DNA from: an uncultured virus (IMG/VR IMGVR_UViG_3300027754_000050)
Taxonomy: Duplodnaviria > Heunggongvirae > Uroviricota > Caudoviricetes
DNA: 64,000 nucleotides
Reading direction: 5' to 3' (one strand)
IMG/VR virus record: IMGVR_UViG_3300027754_000050
Position numbers and translations under genes: made by a program. The notes under the pieces were generated by a model. The model did no database searches and had not been told where the DNA came from. It was given only the letters and a program-made list of their open reading frames with translations. Positions 1 to 8,756 of this stretch are shown piece after piece. Each line of letters starts with the position of its first letter. Position 1 is the stretch's first letter.

Positions 1-520
1 TGAAGGCATACAAACTTGTATGTCTACTGTCACGGTTGGCACAGCACCAAAGCTAATCAATGTTGGTATGTTTAAAGGTACAGGTCCGAAACTAATCACC
101 GATGGTATGTTTATAGGACCGAAACTAATCACTGATGGTATATTTACAGGAGAGAATTCAATCTTTGAAGGCATACAAACTTGTATGTCTACCGTCACTG
201 TTGGTACAGGTCCAAAATTAATTAACGTTGGTATGTTTATAGGCACAGGACCGAAACTAATTAATGATGGCACATTTATAGGTCCAAAATTAATCAAAGA
301 CGGTATGTTTACAGGACCAAAACTAATCACTGATGGTATGTTTAGAGGTCCAAAATTAATAATCGATGGTATGTTTAGAGGAGAGAACTCAATCTTTGAA
401 GGCATACAAATTTGTATATCTACTGTAATTGTTGGCACAGGACCAAAAACAATTAACGTTGGTATTACACCAAAAGTAATTAATGTTGGTATGGATAAAG
501 GACCAAAACTAATAAAAGAA
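1..520. repeat. Intragenic tandem repeats (mostly ~33 bp units, GGTCCAAAATTAATC core)
   Basis: Repeated ggtcc/ggacc-aaa-ttaat/ctaat motifs. These also explain the repetitive antisense ORF 20..721. Confidence 0.85.
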
Positions 521-1680
521 GGAATTTCTGGAGTTAGAATAATAATTGAAGGAATAGGACCTATAGGTCCTATGTTAAGACAAGGAAAAACAATCGGAGG
601 CAGCACCGGTGGCGGTGGCGGTGTAATAGACGGAATAAAAAAAGGAGGAATTGGAGGTATATTAGGAATATTTATTTCAAAAATTGGATTGTCTTCTGGC
701 GGATTTATATCTGAATCATAAGTTCTTGCAGGAGGTGTTTGTACAACTGTACATTTTTCATTTCCTACTTTCACTACTGGATCTATTATAGAATTTGGTG
801 CATAAGTATGAGTTCCCGATGTGGAAGTTGTTGTAAATTCTCCGTCACCAAAGTCCAACCTATAATTTTGTGCACTTCCAACTATTATTATGTCGTATCT
901 AACTACAATTCCAGAAGAAGGGTCTTCGCTAATGACAATGAAGCTAAATGAAACATCTGGACACGTATAGTCATCAAAAATTATAGATAGATTTTGTAAG
1001 TGCCTAATTCTCCAATCTAAAGTTTCTTGCCTTTCATCAAAATTAATTCCTACGAAATCTTCTATATTAATTATAGCATCTGCGATTTGATTGTGATGCT
1101 CAGCTATTACAAATCCACGTACTTCCGATCCTATTGGATTATTTTTTGTGTGAGTTCCTCCAATGTTTCTTGAGCATCTTTTTAACCGTGTAACCTTTCC
1201 GCTAAAAGACAACTGAAAAGTTGACTGCGTGTATCCTCTACCTGCATTTATTATTGTAAAACTTGTTATGATTCCATTGGAAACGTTTGCTATTACGTCA
1301 GCACCACTTCCAGTACCGCCATTAGGAGATATAATTTTTATAGTAGGATAATAATAACCAGATCCTCCAGATGTAATAGGAATGCTTGTTACACCTCCGT
1401 TTTCATCAAAAAGCACTCTTCCAGTTTGTACTCCAGAACCTACTGGCTCGTTTTTTACAACTTCATCATAATAAAAAAGTTCACCTTCTATGCTTGCAAA
1501 TCCGTTATCTGCCCATATCTCCTTTTGATCGGAATTAACTGGAATTATAGCGATATCATCTGACCAAGGTTGATTAGTTTCTGTTGTGGTCGACTCCGAA
1601 GTATTATAAACCAAAAACAACGTGCTATCGTCATCATATCGTTTTGGGTAAACAGATTTTGGGGGGAAAAAATTAACCAC
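1..1680 (-). CDS. Virion structural protein (truncated at window edge), paralog of the next two genes, with Pro-rich ~11-aa repeats
   Basis: Not in the ORF track because it runs off the edge. GTG at 1680 after AGGAAATAAA reads MVNFFPPKSVYPKRYDDDSTLFLVY...IAEHHNQIADAIINIEDFVG; the C-terminal part has repeats like FGPVNIPSVIS and VTVDIQVCMPSKIEFSP. Confidence 0.8.
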   Translation of the reverse strand, partial: MVNFFPPKSVYPKRYDDDSTLFLVYNTSESTTTETNQPWSDDIAIIPVNSDQKEIWADNGFASIEGELFYYDEVVKNEPVGSGVQTGRVLFDENGGVTSIPITSGGSGYYYPTIKIISPNGGTGSGADVIANVSNGIITSFTIINAGRGYTQSTFQLSFSGKVTRLKRCSRNIGGTHTKNNPIGSEVRGFVIAEHHNQIADAIINIEDFVGINFDERQETLDWRIRHLQNLSIIFDDYTCPDVSFSFIVISEDPSSGIVVRYDIIIVGSAQNYRLDFGDGEFTTTSTSGTHTYAPNSIIDPVVKVGNEKCTVVQTPPARTYDSDINPPEDNPIFEINIPNIPPIPPFFIPSITPPPPPVLPPIVFPCLNIGPIGPIPSIIILTPEIPSFISFGPLSIPTLITFGVIPTLIVFGPVPTITVDIQICMPSKIEFSPLNIPSIINFGPLNIPSVISFGPVNIPSLINFGPINVPSLISFGPVPINIPTLINFGPVPTVTVDIQVCMPSKIEFSPVNIPSVISFGPINIPSVISFGPVPLNIPTLISFGAVPTVTVDIQVCMPS

Positions 1681-1689
1681 TTTATTTCC

Positions 1690-4080
1690 TTAAAATATTT
1701 TCATTTGCCACTGATATCCAGATGGTCTTGTAGAGACCGAACTGAATGTGGTATCTATTTCATTGAACTTAATAAAAGATCCACCTTTTTTCTCGCTTGT
1801 TCTATAATCAAAGCTTAAGTAAGCTATTTTATCTCCGTCTGATGTGGCCATAAGAGTTTGACTGGAATCATCAAATCCTATTATTGTTGTGTCCTGTAAT
1901 GATCTAAATGAGGAAGAAGTAGATCCTGGACCTCCTGTTGTCCATGTTCCGCTGACCTCGCTATATGCAGAGATTGAACCTGAGTTATTAAAGAAATACA
2001 GTCCTTGGCTTAAAGATACTAATTCTCCTTCTACTCTTGAAGGTCCAGTAATGTCTGTTAGTTTAGTTAAGTTTATGAATGGTTCGCTTACGGTTCCTAG
2101 TGTTTTATAGAAAGACTTTATTCTAAAAAAGGTATCCACCCCATCATTTCGTAATATGTACCCAGTGTCTTGATGCCAAGCCGATCTATATACACTCATG
2201 TGCCCTTGTTCTGGATCTCCGTTTATATCAAACGAAACAGTGTTTGATTGTAAATCATCCGAGCCATTTTTGTAGTTTAAATTCGATAGGTTTGTAGATG
2301 TAGAAGTAAGAGCAGAAAGGTTATATATACTTTTTACTTGATTGGTTGGAGAAAGGTTAGGCAATGCACCGCTTGTAACTCCGCCCAATATAAAGTATAT
2401 ATTATCGTCTGATGCAAGCCCTACCCAGTTCCAAGGTCTTGATATAGAGTTTACAGCAGGAGATGTGTATATGTCGGTAAATCCATTATATTCGCATAGA
2501 GATATTACTTCATCACTAGCGGTATCTTCTTCGGATCTTCCGCTAGCCCAATAAAGAAGAGCACTTCCGCCTTCTCCAGAAGATGGAGAACCACGCTTTG
2601 CGGCTCCATTGTTTTTTATAAATTCTTTCTTTTGCTGCGTCTCATTCTGAGATCCGTCTAAAAATGAGTCATTTATATTGAGAGTCAAATAATGTGGAGA
2701 ACTTTTTAATTTAAAAGTTTCACTCATTAATCCAAATTCAAATGTATATGCTGTCTCTTGTGCTTCATTGAAGTTCCATAACCATAAATTTACATTTTCT
2801 ACTATATCAAAAAAATTAATATGATTTGTAATTCTATAAGATCCAAAGCTTGTATCAGTTCTTAAAATTAAATCATAATACCCTCCTACCCCAAACAATG
2901 CTTTTGTACTTTTAGAATTAAAATGATTTAAATCGTCAGAAAATGACCATGTATATGAAATAATAGGGTCTATAGGAGATCCTGTTGTATCAACTACTTC
3001 GCCTGAATAGGATCTGTTTTCTCCTTTAGAATCCGTATAAGAACCTTTAATGCCAGATCTAGTTATTTCGTCTTTTATTTTAACGATTATTAGTGTGTTG
3101 TTTTTTGATCGTATTGTAGGAGTATTTGGTGGTGAAGGGTCAAATAAATATATTCCCTCACTATAATTTCCTTTATATGGATTGTTTATATCTGTAGCTG
3201 GAGTAACAACTTGATAAGACGCTCCTTGTTCTGGTTCTATTAACGCGTATTCTGGTGCCGGATATCTAACATTTATCATTTTTGGAAAAACAACAGTATC
3301 AGATCCGAAATCATTTGTTACTTTTAAAGACACATCGTATATTCCTGGCTTTGAATATGTTTTCTCTATAATACATGGTGTAGAGATAGCACAAATTGAA
3401 TCTACTAATATATTAGATATAGAAGATGGGACCACTACATTAGATATTGAAATAATATATGAAATATTTGAGATTGTATTATCACCAAAATTCCACAATC
3501 GTTCTATATCAAGAGAAGTGCCATCTGTTCCAAGGCGAAAACTTTGATCTGTAAAGCTGACCGTCAGTGGAGCCAAACCTACTTGCTTGTCTGCTTTAAA
3601 CCATGCTCGTGGAACAAGAACAATTTTTCTTAATAAATTAATTCTTTGTTCCATTGTGCCAACCATAGGCACAGTACCAATCTCTCCCTTTTTACCAGCA
3701 AAACTTTCTATTCGAATTAGTGCATTTTTTAAGTTGTTATGATGTAAAGAAACTACATTTTGAGTAATATTTGTTATACTTTTTGCTTTTATTACATCAA
3801 CAAAGCCAGGTAGTAGTTCTAGTCCCTCAAACGTTGTTAGCGTTCTAGATGAATAATAAAAAGATACGGCTCTCAACTCAGGTTCACTACACTGTTCTGT
3901 TAGCGTGATAATTCCTGTTTCATCAAAACTTCTTATTGTATCTTCATTTCCAAAAATTGTTATAAATTTGTCGCCAGGCAAATAATCTTCTGCCAGTTGA
4001 ACTCTTAGTCCATCACTAACTAAAAAAAGATTTTCATCTGTGTCTAAAATAATTGGATATGTTGAATTTGGTATTGTCAT
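1690..4080 (-). CDS. PKD-domain virion/tail protein
   Basis: APLTVSFTDQS...WNFGD...YSKPGIYDVSLKVTNDFG PKD motif; HHN motif shared with neighbours. Confidence 0.7.
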   Translation of the reverse strand: MTIPNSTYPIILDTDENLFLVSDGLRVQLAEDYLPGDKFITIFGNEDTIRSFDETGIITLTEQCSEPELRAVSFYYSSRTLTTFEGLELLPGFVDVIKAKSITNITQNVVSLHHNNLKNALIRIESFAGKKGEIGTVPMVGTMEQRINLLRKIVLVPRAWFKADKQVGLAPLTVSFTDQSFRLGTDGTSLDIERLWNFGDNTISNISYIISISNVVVPSSISNILVDSICAISTPCIIEKTYSKPGIYDVSLKVTNDFGSDTVVFPKMINVRYPAPEYALIEPEQGASYQVVTPATDINNPYKGNYSEGIYLFDPSPPNTPTIRSKNNTLIIVKIKDEITRSGIKGSYTDSKGENRSYSGEVVDTTGSPIDPIISYTWSFSDDLNHFNSKSTKALFGVGGYYDLILRTDTSFGSYRITNHINFFDIVENVNLWLWNFNEAQETAYTFEFGLMSETFKLKSSPHYLTLNINDSFLDGSQNETQQKKEFIKNNGAAKRGSPSSGEGGSALLYWASGRSEEDTASDEVISLCEYNGFTDIYTSPAVNSISRPWNWVGLASDDNIYFILGGVTSGALPNLSPTNQVKSIYNLSALTSTSTNLSNLNYKNGSDDLQSNTVSFDINGDPEQGHMSVYRSAWHQDTGYILRNDGVDTFFRIKSFYKTLGTVSEPFINLTKLTDITGPSRVEGELVSLSQGLYFFNNSGSISAYSEVSGTWTTGGPGSTSSSFRSLQDTTIIGFDDSSQTLMATSDGDKIAYLSFDYRTSEKKGGSFIKFNEIDTTFSSVSTRPSGYQWQMKIF

Positions 4081-5117
4081 GTGACTATTATTCCTAATCC
4101 TTTTGTATTATAAGGGTTTATATACGCTTTCTTTAATGCAAGACTTTCTAAAAGCACCAAAAGCGATGGATTGTACTCACCAGGTTCCGGAAAAATATAA
4201 CTTATTGTGTGAGTATTGGGATTTTTTACATTAATTGTAGTGTTCGCTCCATCCACATTCCACCAACGTTCCAGAATAGCTCCATCAGACTGATCAACAA
4301 ATTCAAAAGTTGTAGGACTTATATTCTGATCATCAGCAGTTTTTTGTGATACACCAAATAAAGGTGTAATGTAAAAAAATGGCTGTTTTATCTCTTTGTC
4401 TACTGTAATATAATTCGATTTAGTTGCATATCCTTGTGCTCCTAAAGAAGTTATAATATTTAATTTAACTGTATAAATTCCTTCATTATAATATGTGTGT
4501 ATTGGAGACTTTTCAACGGATGTTGTACCATCTCCAAAATCCCATAATGATCTTACAATTTGACCTGTGCTAAAATTTTGGAACCTCACCGAAAAAGGCG
4601 GAGATCCACGTGTAGGGAAAACTCGGAAAAGTGCTTTTGGACTAAGAAATTTTGTTTCTTGACTTTGTAGTATTTGATTTAGTGAGTTTGCAACAGGTAA
4701 AACTTTTTTACCAAGATTATGCTCTATTTGAAGTATGGCATCTTTTACAGAGTTGTGATGTTCTGCAAACACTGCATTGCTAACTGTACTGCCTGTTGGC
4801 CACACAGTGCTCTTAGAACCAGCAAACCCTCGTATTAGGTCTTTTAGTATTACTCCTGATTTTGATTGATAATAGACCATCTCAGAAGCTCCAGATTCTC
4901 CTGGCGGTGCACCAATCCTTAGTATTCCAGATTCTGGAAAAGTTGAGGCGTCCTCTAAAATTATATACTTTCCTACCAAAGTAAGGCTTTGTTTTAAGTA
5001 ACTAACGGAATTATTTGTTGCCTTATAAAGTTGATTGTTATCATCTAATGTAATAGGGTAAAAAGATAGCTGCCCTGTAAAATAGTCAGCATCTTTAGAG
5101 GATATTCTTATTGCCAT
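4077..5117 (-). CDS. PKD-domain virion/tail protein
   Basis: FQNFSTG...WDFGDGTTSVEKSPIHTY...GIYTVKL canonical PKD; AEHHNSVKDAILQIE motif. Confidence 0.8.
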   Translation of the reverse strand: MAIRISSKDADYFTGQLSFYPITLDDNNQLYKATNNSVSYLKQSLTLVGKYIILEDASTFPESGILRIGAPPGESGASEMVYYQSKSGVILKDLIRGFAGSKSTVWPTGSTVSNAVFAEHHNSVKDAILQIEHNLGKKVLPVANSLNQILQSQETKFLSPKALFRVFPTRGSPPFSVRFQNFSTGQIVRSLWDFGDGTTSVEKSPIHTYYNEGIYTVKLNIITSLGAQGYATKSNYITVDKEIKQPFFYITPLFGVSQKTADDQNISPTTFEFVDQSDGAILERWWNVDGANTTINVKNPNTHTISYIFPEPGEYNPSLLVLLESLALKKAYINPYNTKGLGIIVT

Positions 5118-5120
5118 TCA

Positions 5121-5813
5121 CTAGTCCTTTTTTTCTTTTATACTTTGTTCTATTGATTTCGCTATTTGGGAATGGCGAATATTTAATGTTTGTAAAATTT
5201 GTTGTTTAATATGCATATCGTCAGGTAAAGCGACAACAGTTTCTATTAGCTCTGTATCTAGTTGACTACCAGTCAACATCTTAAGATTTAGTTTTTGAGA
5301 CAATTTCTCCTGCCAATATTGTTTTTGAGCTTCAACATCATCAAAATCTCGTAATGGTTCTGTTTTTTGAAGCGTTTCAAACATTTCCAAAAAGAAGATT
5401 GACTCTTCTTCTATATATTTTTTTTTGTCTAAAAGTGTAGATAAAGAAGCTATAACAGCAGTCTTCTTTCTCGTTATTTTTCTTAAATTTAACGCTTTCT
5501 CTCTTAATACTAGAACTTTTATTGATTCTTGAGTGTTTGTGTCTTCTGCTGTTAATTGTATGGATTGTTCTTTTATCTCCAAAAACTCTAATTTATCTTT
5601 TTGTTCTTCATACTCTAATTCTAGCGAATCAAGGGAGTCCATCCTTAGCTTTAATTCTCTTAAACATTGCCACATTTTTGATTGATTTGTTGGTTCTTTA
5701 CCAATTAAAAAATATCTAAGTTGAAAATAACTATGCCTTTCTGGAAGTTTATGATCTAGTATTTTCGACATTTCTTTTTTAATTGATTCTAATGAAACTT
5801 CTTGATTTGACAT
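5121..5813 (-). CDS. Hypothetical coiled-coil protein
   Basis: 230-aa ORF with RBS (AAGGAAG), heptad-rich. Confidence 0.65.
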   Translation of the reverse strand: MSNQEVSLESIKKEMSKILDHKLPERHSYFQLRYFLIGKEPTNQSKMWQCLRELKLRMDSLDSLELEYEEQKDKLEFLEIKEQSIQLTAEDTNTQESIKVLVLREKALNLRKITRKKTAVIASLSTLLDKKKYIEEESIFFLEMFETLQKTEPLRDFDDVEAQKQYWQEKLSQKLNLKMLTGSQLDTELIETVVALPDDMHIKQQILQTLNIRHSQIAKSIEQSIKEKKD

Positions 5814-5878
5814 CGTTCTTCCTTTTCTATATGATGACTTGCAAGATCACATATTACTATAATAATTAGAGTTTGCAA

Positions 5879-6400
5879 ATGGCGGAAAAAATGAATTATC
5901 TTAAAAATAAAAAAGTTTATTTATCTGGACCTATTGAGTTTGGTACAAAACACAATTGGAGGGAAAAACCGATAGAATATTTAAAAAATAAATTGTTTTT
6001 AGACGTTTTTGACCCCTTCAGCGACCCAAAAGCACAGTGGGGAATTAAAATTAAAAATGCAAAAAAAGAAAAAGATTATAAAAAAATAATTAATATAGCA
6101 AAATCATTTGTAAGAAGAGATCTTGCAATGGTAGACAGAAGCGATTTATTAATTGCTTATATGCCGTATAAGGTTCAAACTGTTGGTACTGTTCATGAAA
6201 TAATTAATGGCATTAATTCAAAAAAACCCACACTAATAATATGCCCTGAAGGAAAAGAAAAAATTCCTGTTTGGATTTGGGGAATAGTTAAAGAAGAGTT
6301 TTTATTTGGTTCTTGGGAAAAAGTTTATTCTTACTTAAAAGAAGTATCAGTCGGAAAACATGCAAAGAACAATAAATGGCATTTTTGCGATTGGAATTAA
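5879..6400 (+). CDS. Nucleoside 2-deoxyribosyltransferase-like protein
   Basis: VYLSGPI...WRE...FDP...RDLAMVDRSDLLIAY...GTVHE pattern; start could be 5879 or 5891. Confidence 0.7.
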   Translation: MAEKMNYLKNKKVYLSGPIEFGTKHNWREKPIEYLKNKLFLDVFDPFSDPKAQWGIKIKNAKKEKDYKKIINIAKSFVRRDLAMVDRSDLLIAYMPYKVQTVGTVHEIINGINSKKPTLIICPEGKEKIPVWIWGIVKEEFLFGSWEKVYSYLKEVSVGKHAKNNKWHFCDWN

Positions 6401-6933
6401 CATATCTTTGTGTTGGAAACTGCTTTGAACCGGCATCCTTTTTCAATTGCCTTACAACACCATATCGTTTTAACAAAATCTAAATTTCCATCTTCTTCTA
6501 TATTGCCTACTTCCTTAAATGTTTCTTTATGAATTAATATTCCATTTAATGTTCCATTAATGAAATCGTACTTTTGCTCAGCAATAGGAAAAAGAATATC
6601 TTTATTGCTATCAATAAAAATTGAAAACTTATCGTCTAGTTTAGACCGTACTGTACTACCCGCAAAAACCACAAAATTCCAGTCTGGAACTGCGTTCTTG
6701 AATCCAACATTTATCAAAGAAGAAAAAGTGTTTTTGCCCTTAAAAGTAGGACAAATTTCTTGCATCTCTTTAATATCACATTTCTTTGCTCCGTTGTCTG
6801 TAGCACAAATATAAGGTATTCCAACATATCTGTTTTTAATAGAATATGCTGTTGATTGAAGTAATTTAACGGCTCTATCCGAACATAATATTATAAAGCC
6901 AAAATTTAATTTTTTTATTTTGTAGAGTTTCAT
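6397..6933 (-). CDS. Hypothetical protein, possibly degenerate GT-A glycosyltransferase fold
   Basis: FSSLINVG...WNFVV...GILIHKETFKEVG resembles GT2 segments. Confidence 0.45.
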   Translation of the reverse strand: MKLYKIKKLNFGFIILCSDRAVKLLQSTAYSIKNRYVGIPYICATDNGAKKCDIKEMQEICPTFKGKNTFSSLINVGFKNAVPDWNFVVFAGSTVRSKLDDKFSIFIDSNKDILFPIAEQKYDFINGTLNGILIHKETFKEVGNIEEDGNLDFVKTIWCCKAIEKGCRFKAVSNTKIC

Positions 6934-6941
6934 GTTAGATT

Positions 6942-7046
6942 ATGAACTACCCACCCGATAAGACGGGCTGGTTTCCGCTCCAACCAACAGACCACTAAAA
7001 GCGGTCGTGCATCAGGACAAGCGGCTAACCCGGTCGTTCTGACCGT
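6942..7046 (-). ncRNA. TnpB omega-RNA / IS200-IS605 right-end-like structured element, copy 1
   Basis: Minus strand ACGGTCAGAACGACCGGGTTAGCCGCTT...GAGCGGAAACCAGCCCGTCTTATCGGGTGGGTAGTTCAT; homologous to 55469-55573 and 56341-56444. Confidence 0.7.
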
Positions 7047-7086
7047 TTTGTTTTTCGATTAAAACGCTACATTTTCATGCTTAATT

Positions 7087-7113
7087 TAATATAGTGTATA
7101 ATTTTGATTTTTT
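7087..7113 (-). promoter_or_regulatory. 27-bp putative ncRNA promoter, repeated at 35012-35038
   Basis: 26/27 identical to the sequence upstream of tRNA-Thr. Confidence 0.6.
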
Positions 7114-7123
7114 AACTAATGGG

Positions 7124-8044
7124 CTAGATTAGATAAACATCAAAATCTATTCTAATAACGTCATTCTCCGTGATCGCATTGCTCAATATGAATGTTCCTA
7201 AATTGTTACTTGGTGTAAAATGGTTTGCAGACCACGATTCAACCGTAGAATCCCAATATAAAACATCATAATCACTGTTTAGTTTAATTCCATTTACATA
7301 TACTCTTAAACTTCCTTCTACATAATGCGTGTTAACACTTGTAACCTGATAATTTATATAATCTGTCGTGATTGGTTCTAGATCATAGTAATGTCTATGA
7401 GCAAAATCCACAGATATATTGAGTACTGGACGCACAATATTTGGACTTTCTACTTCCCAAGATATATGTTCCGATGGATGTAATTTAAGAGATGTGTTGT
7501 CAAAATTAACAACGTTAGAAAAACAAGCGTTAGAAGGTACGCTAGTGCATATTATACCTGATATACAGCTTATACCTGATATACAACTTACGCATGAAAT
7601 AGACAGTATATCAGTGCATACCTCCAAAGAAAGACTTGTGGCTCCTTCTGCCATGCCAGCTATTTTAGCTCTTTCCGCTTCAATCATTCTTACAAATGGA
7701 ACAGGATTAACAACTTCTGAATATCCTAATGTGTTAACATAATAGTCTAGGTCTTCGGTAGAAACCGTTGCGGTATCATCTGTGTGTTTTGCTATATTGT
7801 GTAAAGCATCATCTATAGCAAGTGTTTTTATATCGCCGTTTTGCTCTATGGAATTGTCTAATCTGCTTGCAATGCTGGCTTGCGACCCAGCAGAGTCAAG
7901 CAATATTTGTTCTTGTATGTTAACTGCATTGTTTATAGCAACATCTCGATCTGATAAGGCTTTTAACGGTAAGTTGTCATATTCCCAATGATAAGGCTGA
8001 TTTGCAGCATAAAGAGGGACCGGTAATTTAGTTAAGTCTGGCAT
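7124..8044 (-). CDS. Putative virion structural protein
   Basis: GSLRVYVNGIKL...DY...FIL beta-rich C-terminus seen in virion proteins; Cys-rich ISCVSCISGISC insert. Confidence 0.55.
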   Translation of the reverse strand: MPDLTKLPVPLYAANQPYHWEYDNLPLKALSDRDVAINNAVNIQEQILLDSAGSQASIASRLDNSIEQNGDIKTLAIDDALHNIAKHTDDTATVSTEDLDYYVNTLGYSEVVNPVPFVRMIEAERAKIAGMAEGATSLSLEVCTDILSISCVSCISGISCISGIICTSVPSNACFSNVVNFDNTSLKLHPSEHISWEVESPNIVRPVLNISVDFAHRHYYDLEPITTDYINYQVTSVNTHYVEGSLRVYVNGIKLNSDYDVLYWDSTVESWSANHFTPSNNLGTFILSNAITENDVIRIDFDVYLI

Positions 8045-8074
8045 TATATTCTTTCTGTTTTTTCTACTAAACTT

Positions 8075-8227
8075 TTAATTAACGACTTTTTTCTCGCCAT
8101 TATCGATAATTTTATTCGTTTTAATATAGCTTATATTTTTTTTCCTCATTAAAATATTAATTTCTTTCATTACTTCCTTAATGAAATCAAAATTATATTC
8201 TGATTTATCTAACCAGTAATTTTTCAA
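8075..8227 (-). CDS. Small hypothetical protein (50 aa)
   Basis: TTG start after GGAAGG; MKNYWLDKSEYNFDFIKEVMKE...; fills the operon gap. Confidence 0.4.
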   Translation of the reverse strand: MKNYWLDKSEYNFDFIKEVMKEINILMRKKNISYIKTNKIIDNGEKKVVN

Positions 8228-8249
8228 GTTTACCTTCCTTATTTACGAA

Positions 8250-8720
8250 CTAAACGAATGAAAGTCTCCAATTGAACGTTATTTGTATTTCGCTGGTTTT
8301 ATTTAAATCAGGGAAAGTTACCATGCTGTAATAGTCATCATTTGCCATTTGTAATCCCATTTCATTTAAAGCATATCCATTAGCTTCATCAAATTTCAAA
8401 ACTGATGTGAACATAGCTTGTGTTGGTATTTCACTATCAACCGATGACATGACAGGCTTGGATGCTCTTGTTGTGCCAAACAAACCATTTCTACTGGTGT
8501 CAACGTATCTTTTAGCACCTGCTTGGGTCCCGCCATCACCAAAAACCATTCTAGATATGAAAAAGTTATATTCTCCATTAAAACTATGAGTCAAAGAACG
8601 TGCCAAGGCTTGTCGCCCTTTAGATAACACTGTATTTTTATATTCAAAAAAAACTATGTTTCCATTTTTGTTTTCTATGAATCCATCGACACAACCTAAT
8701 GCTCTTAAATTATCATTCAT
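8250..8720 (-). CDS. Baseplate/tail-fibre attachment-like protein
   Basis: NTVL..GR..LA...FGDGG...EANG..LNEMGL...FP.LNKT motif typical of tail-collar/fibre N-terminal domains. Confidence 0.55.
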   Translation of the reverse strand: MNDNLRALGCVDGFIENKNGNIVFFEYKNTVLSKGRQALARSLTHSFNGEYNFFISRMVFGDGGTQAGAKRYVDTSRNGLFGTTRASKPVMSSVDSEIPTQAMFTSVLKFDEANGYALNEMGLQMANDDYYSMVTFPDLNKTSEIQITFNWRLSFV

Positions 8721-8756
8721 TTTTCTATGCTTTCTTATAGATTGTTTACTTTTACT

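Noticed and set aside
20..721. Repetitive + strand 233-aa ORF
   Set aside because: Antisense shadow of the real minus-strand gene starting at 1680.
6942..7113. Intact IS200/IS605 element
   Set aside because: No tnpA or tnpB ORF at any of the three copies.
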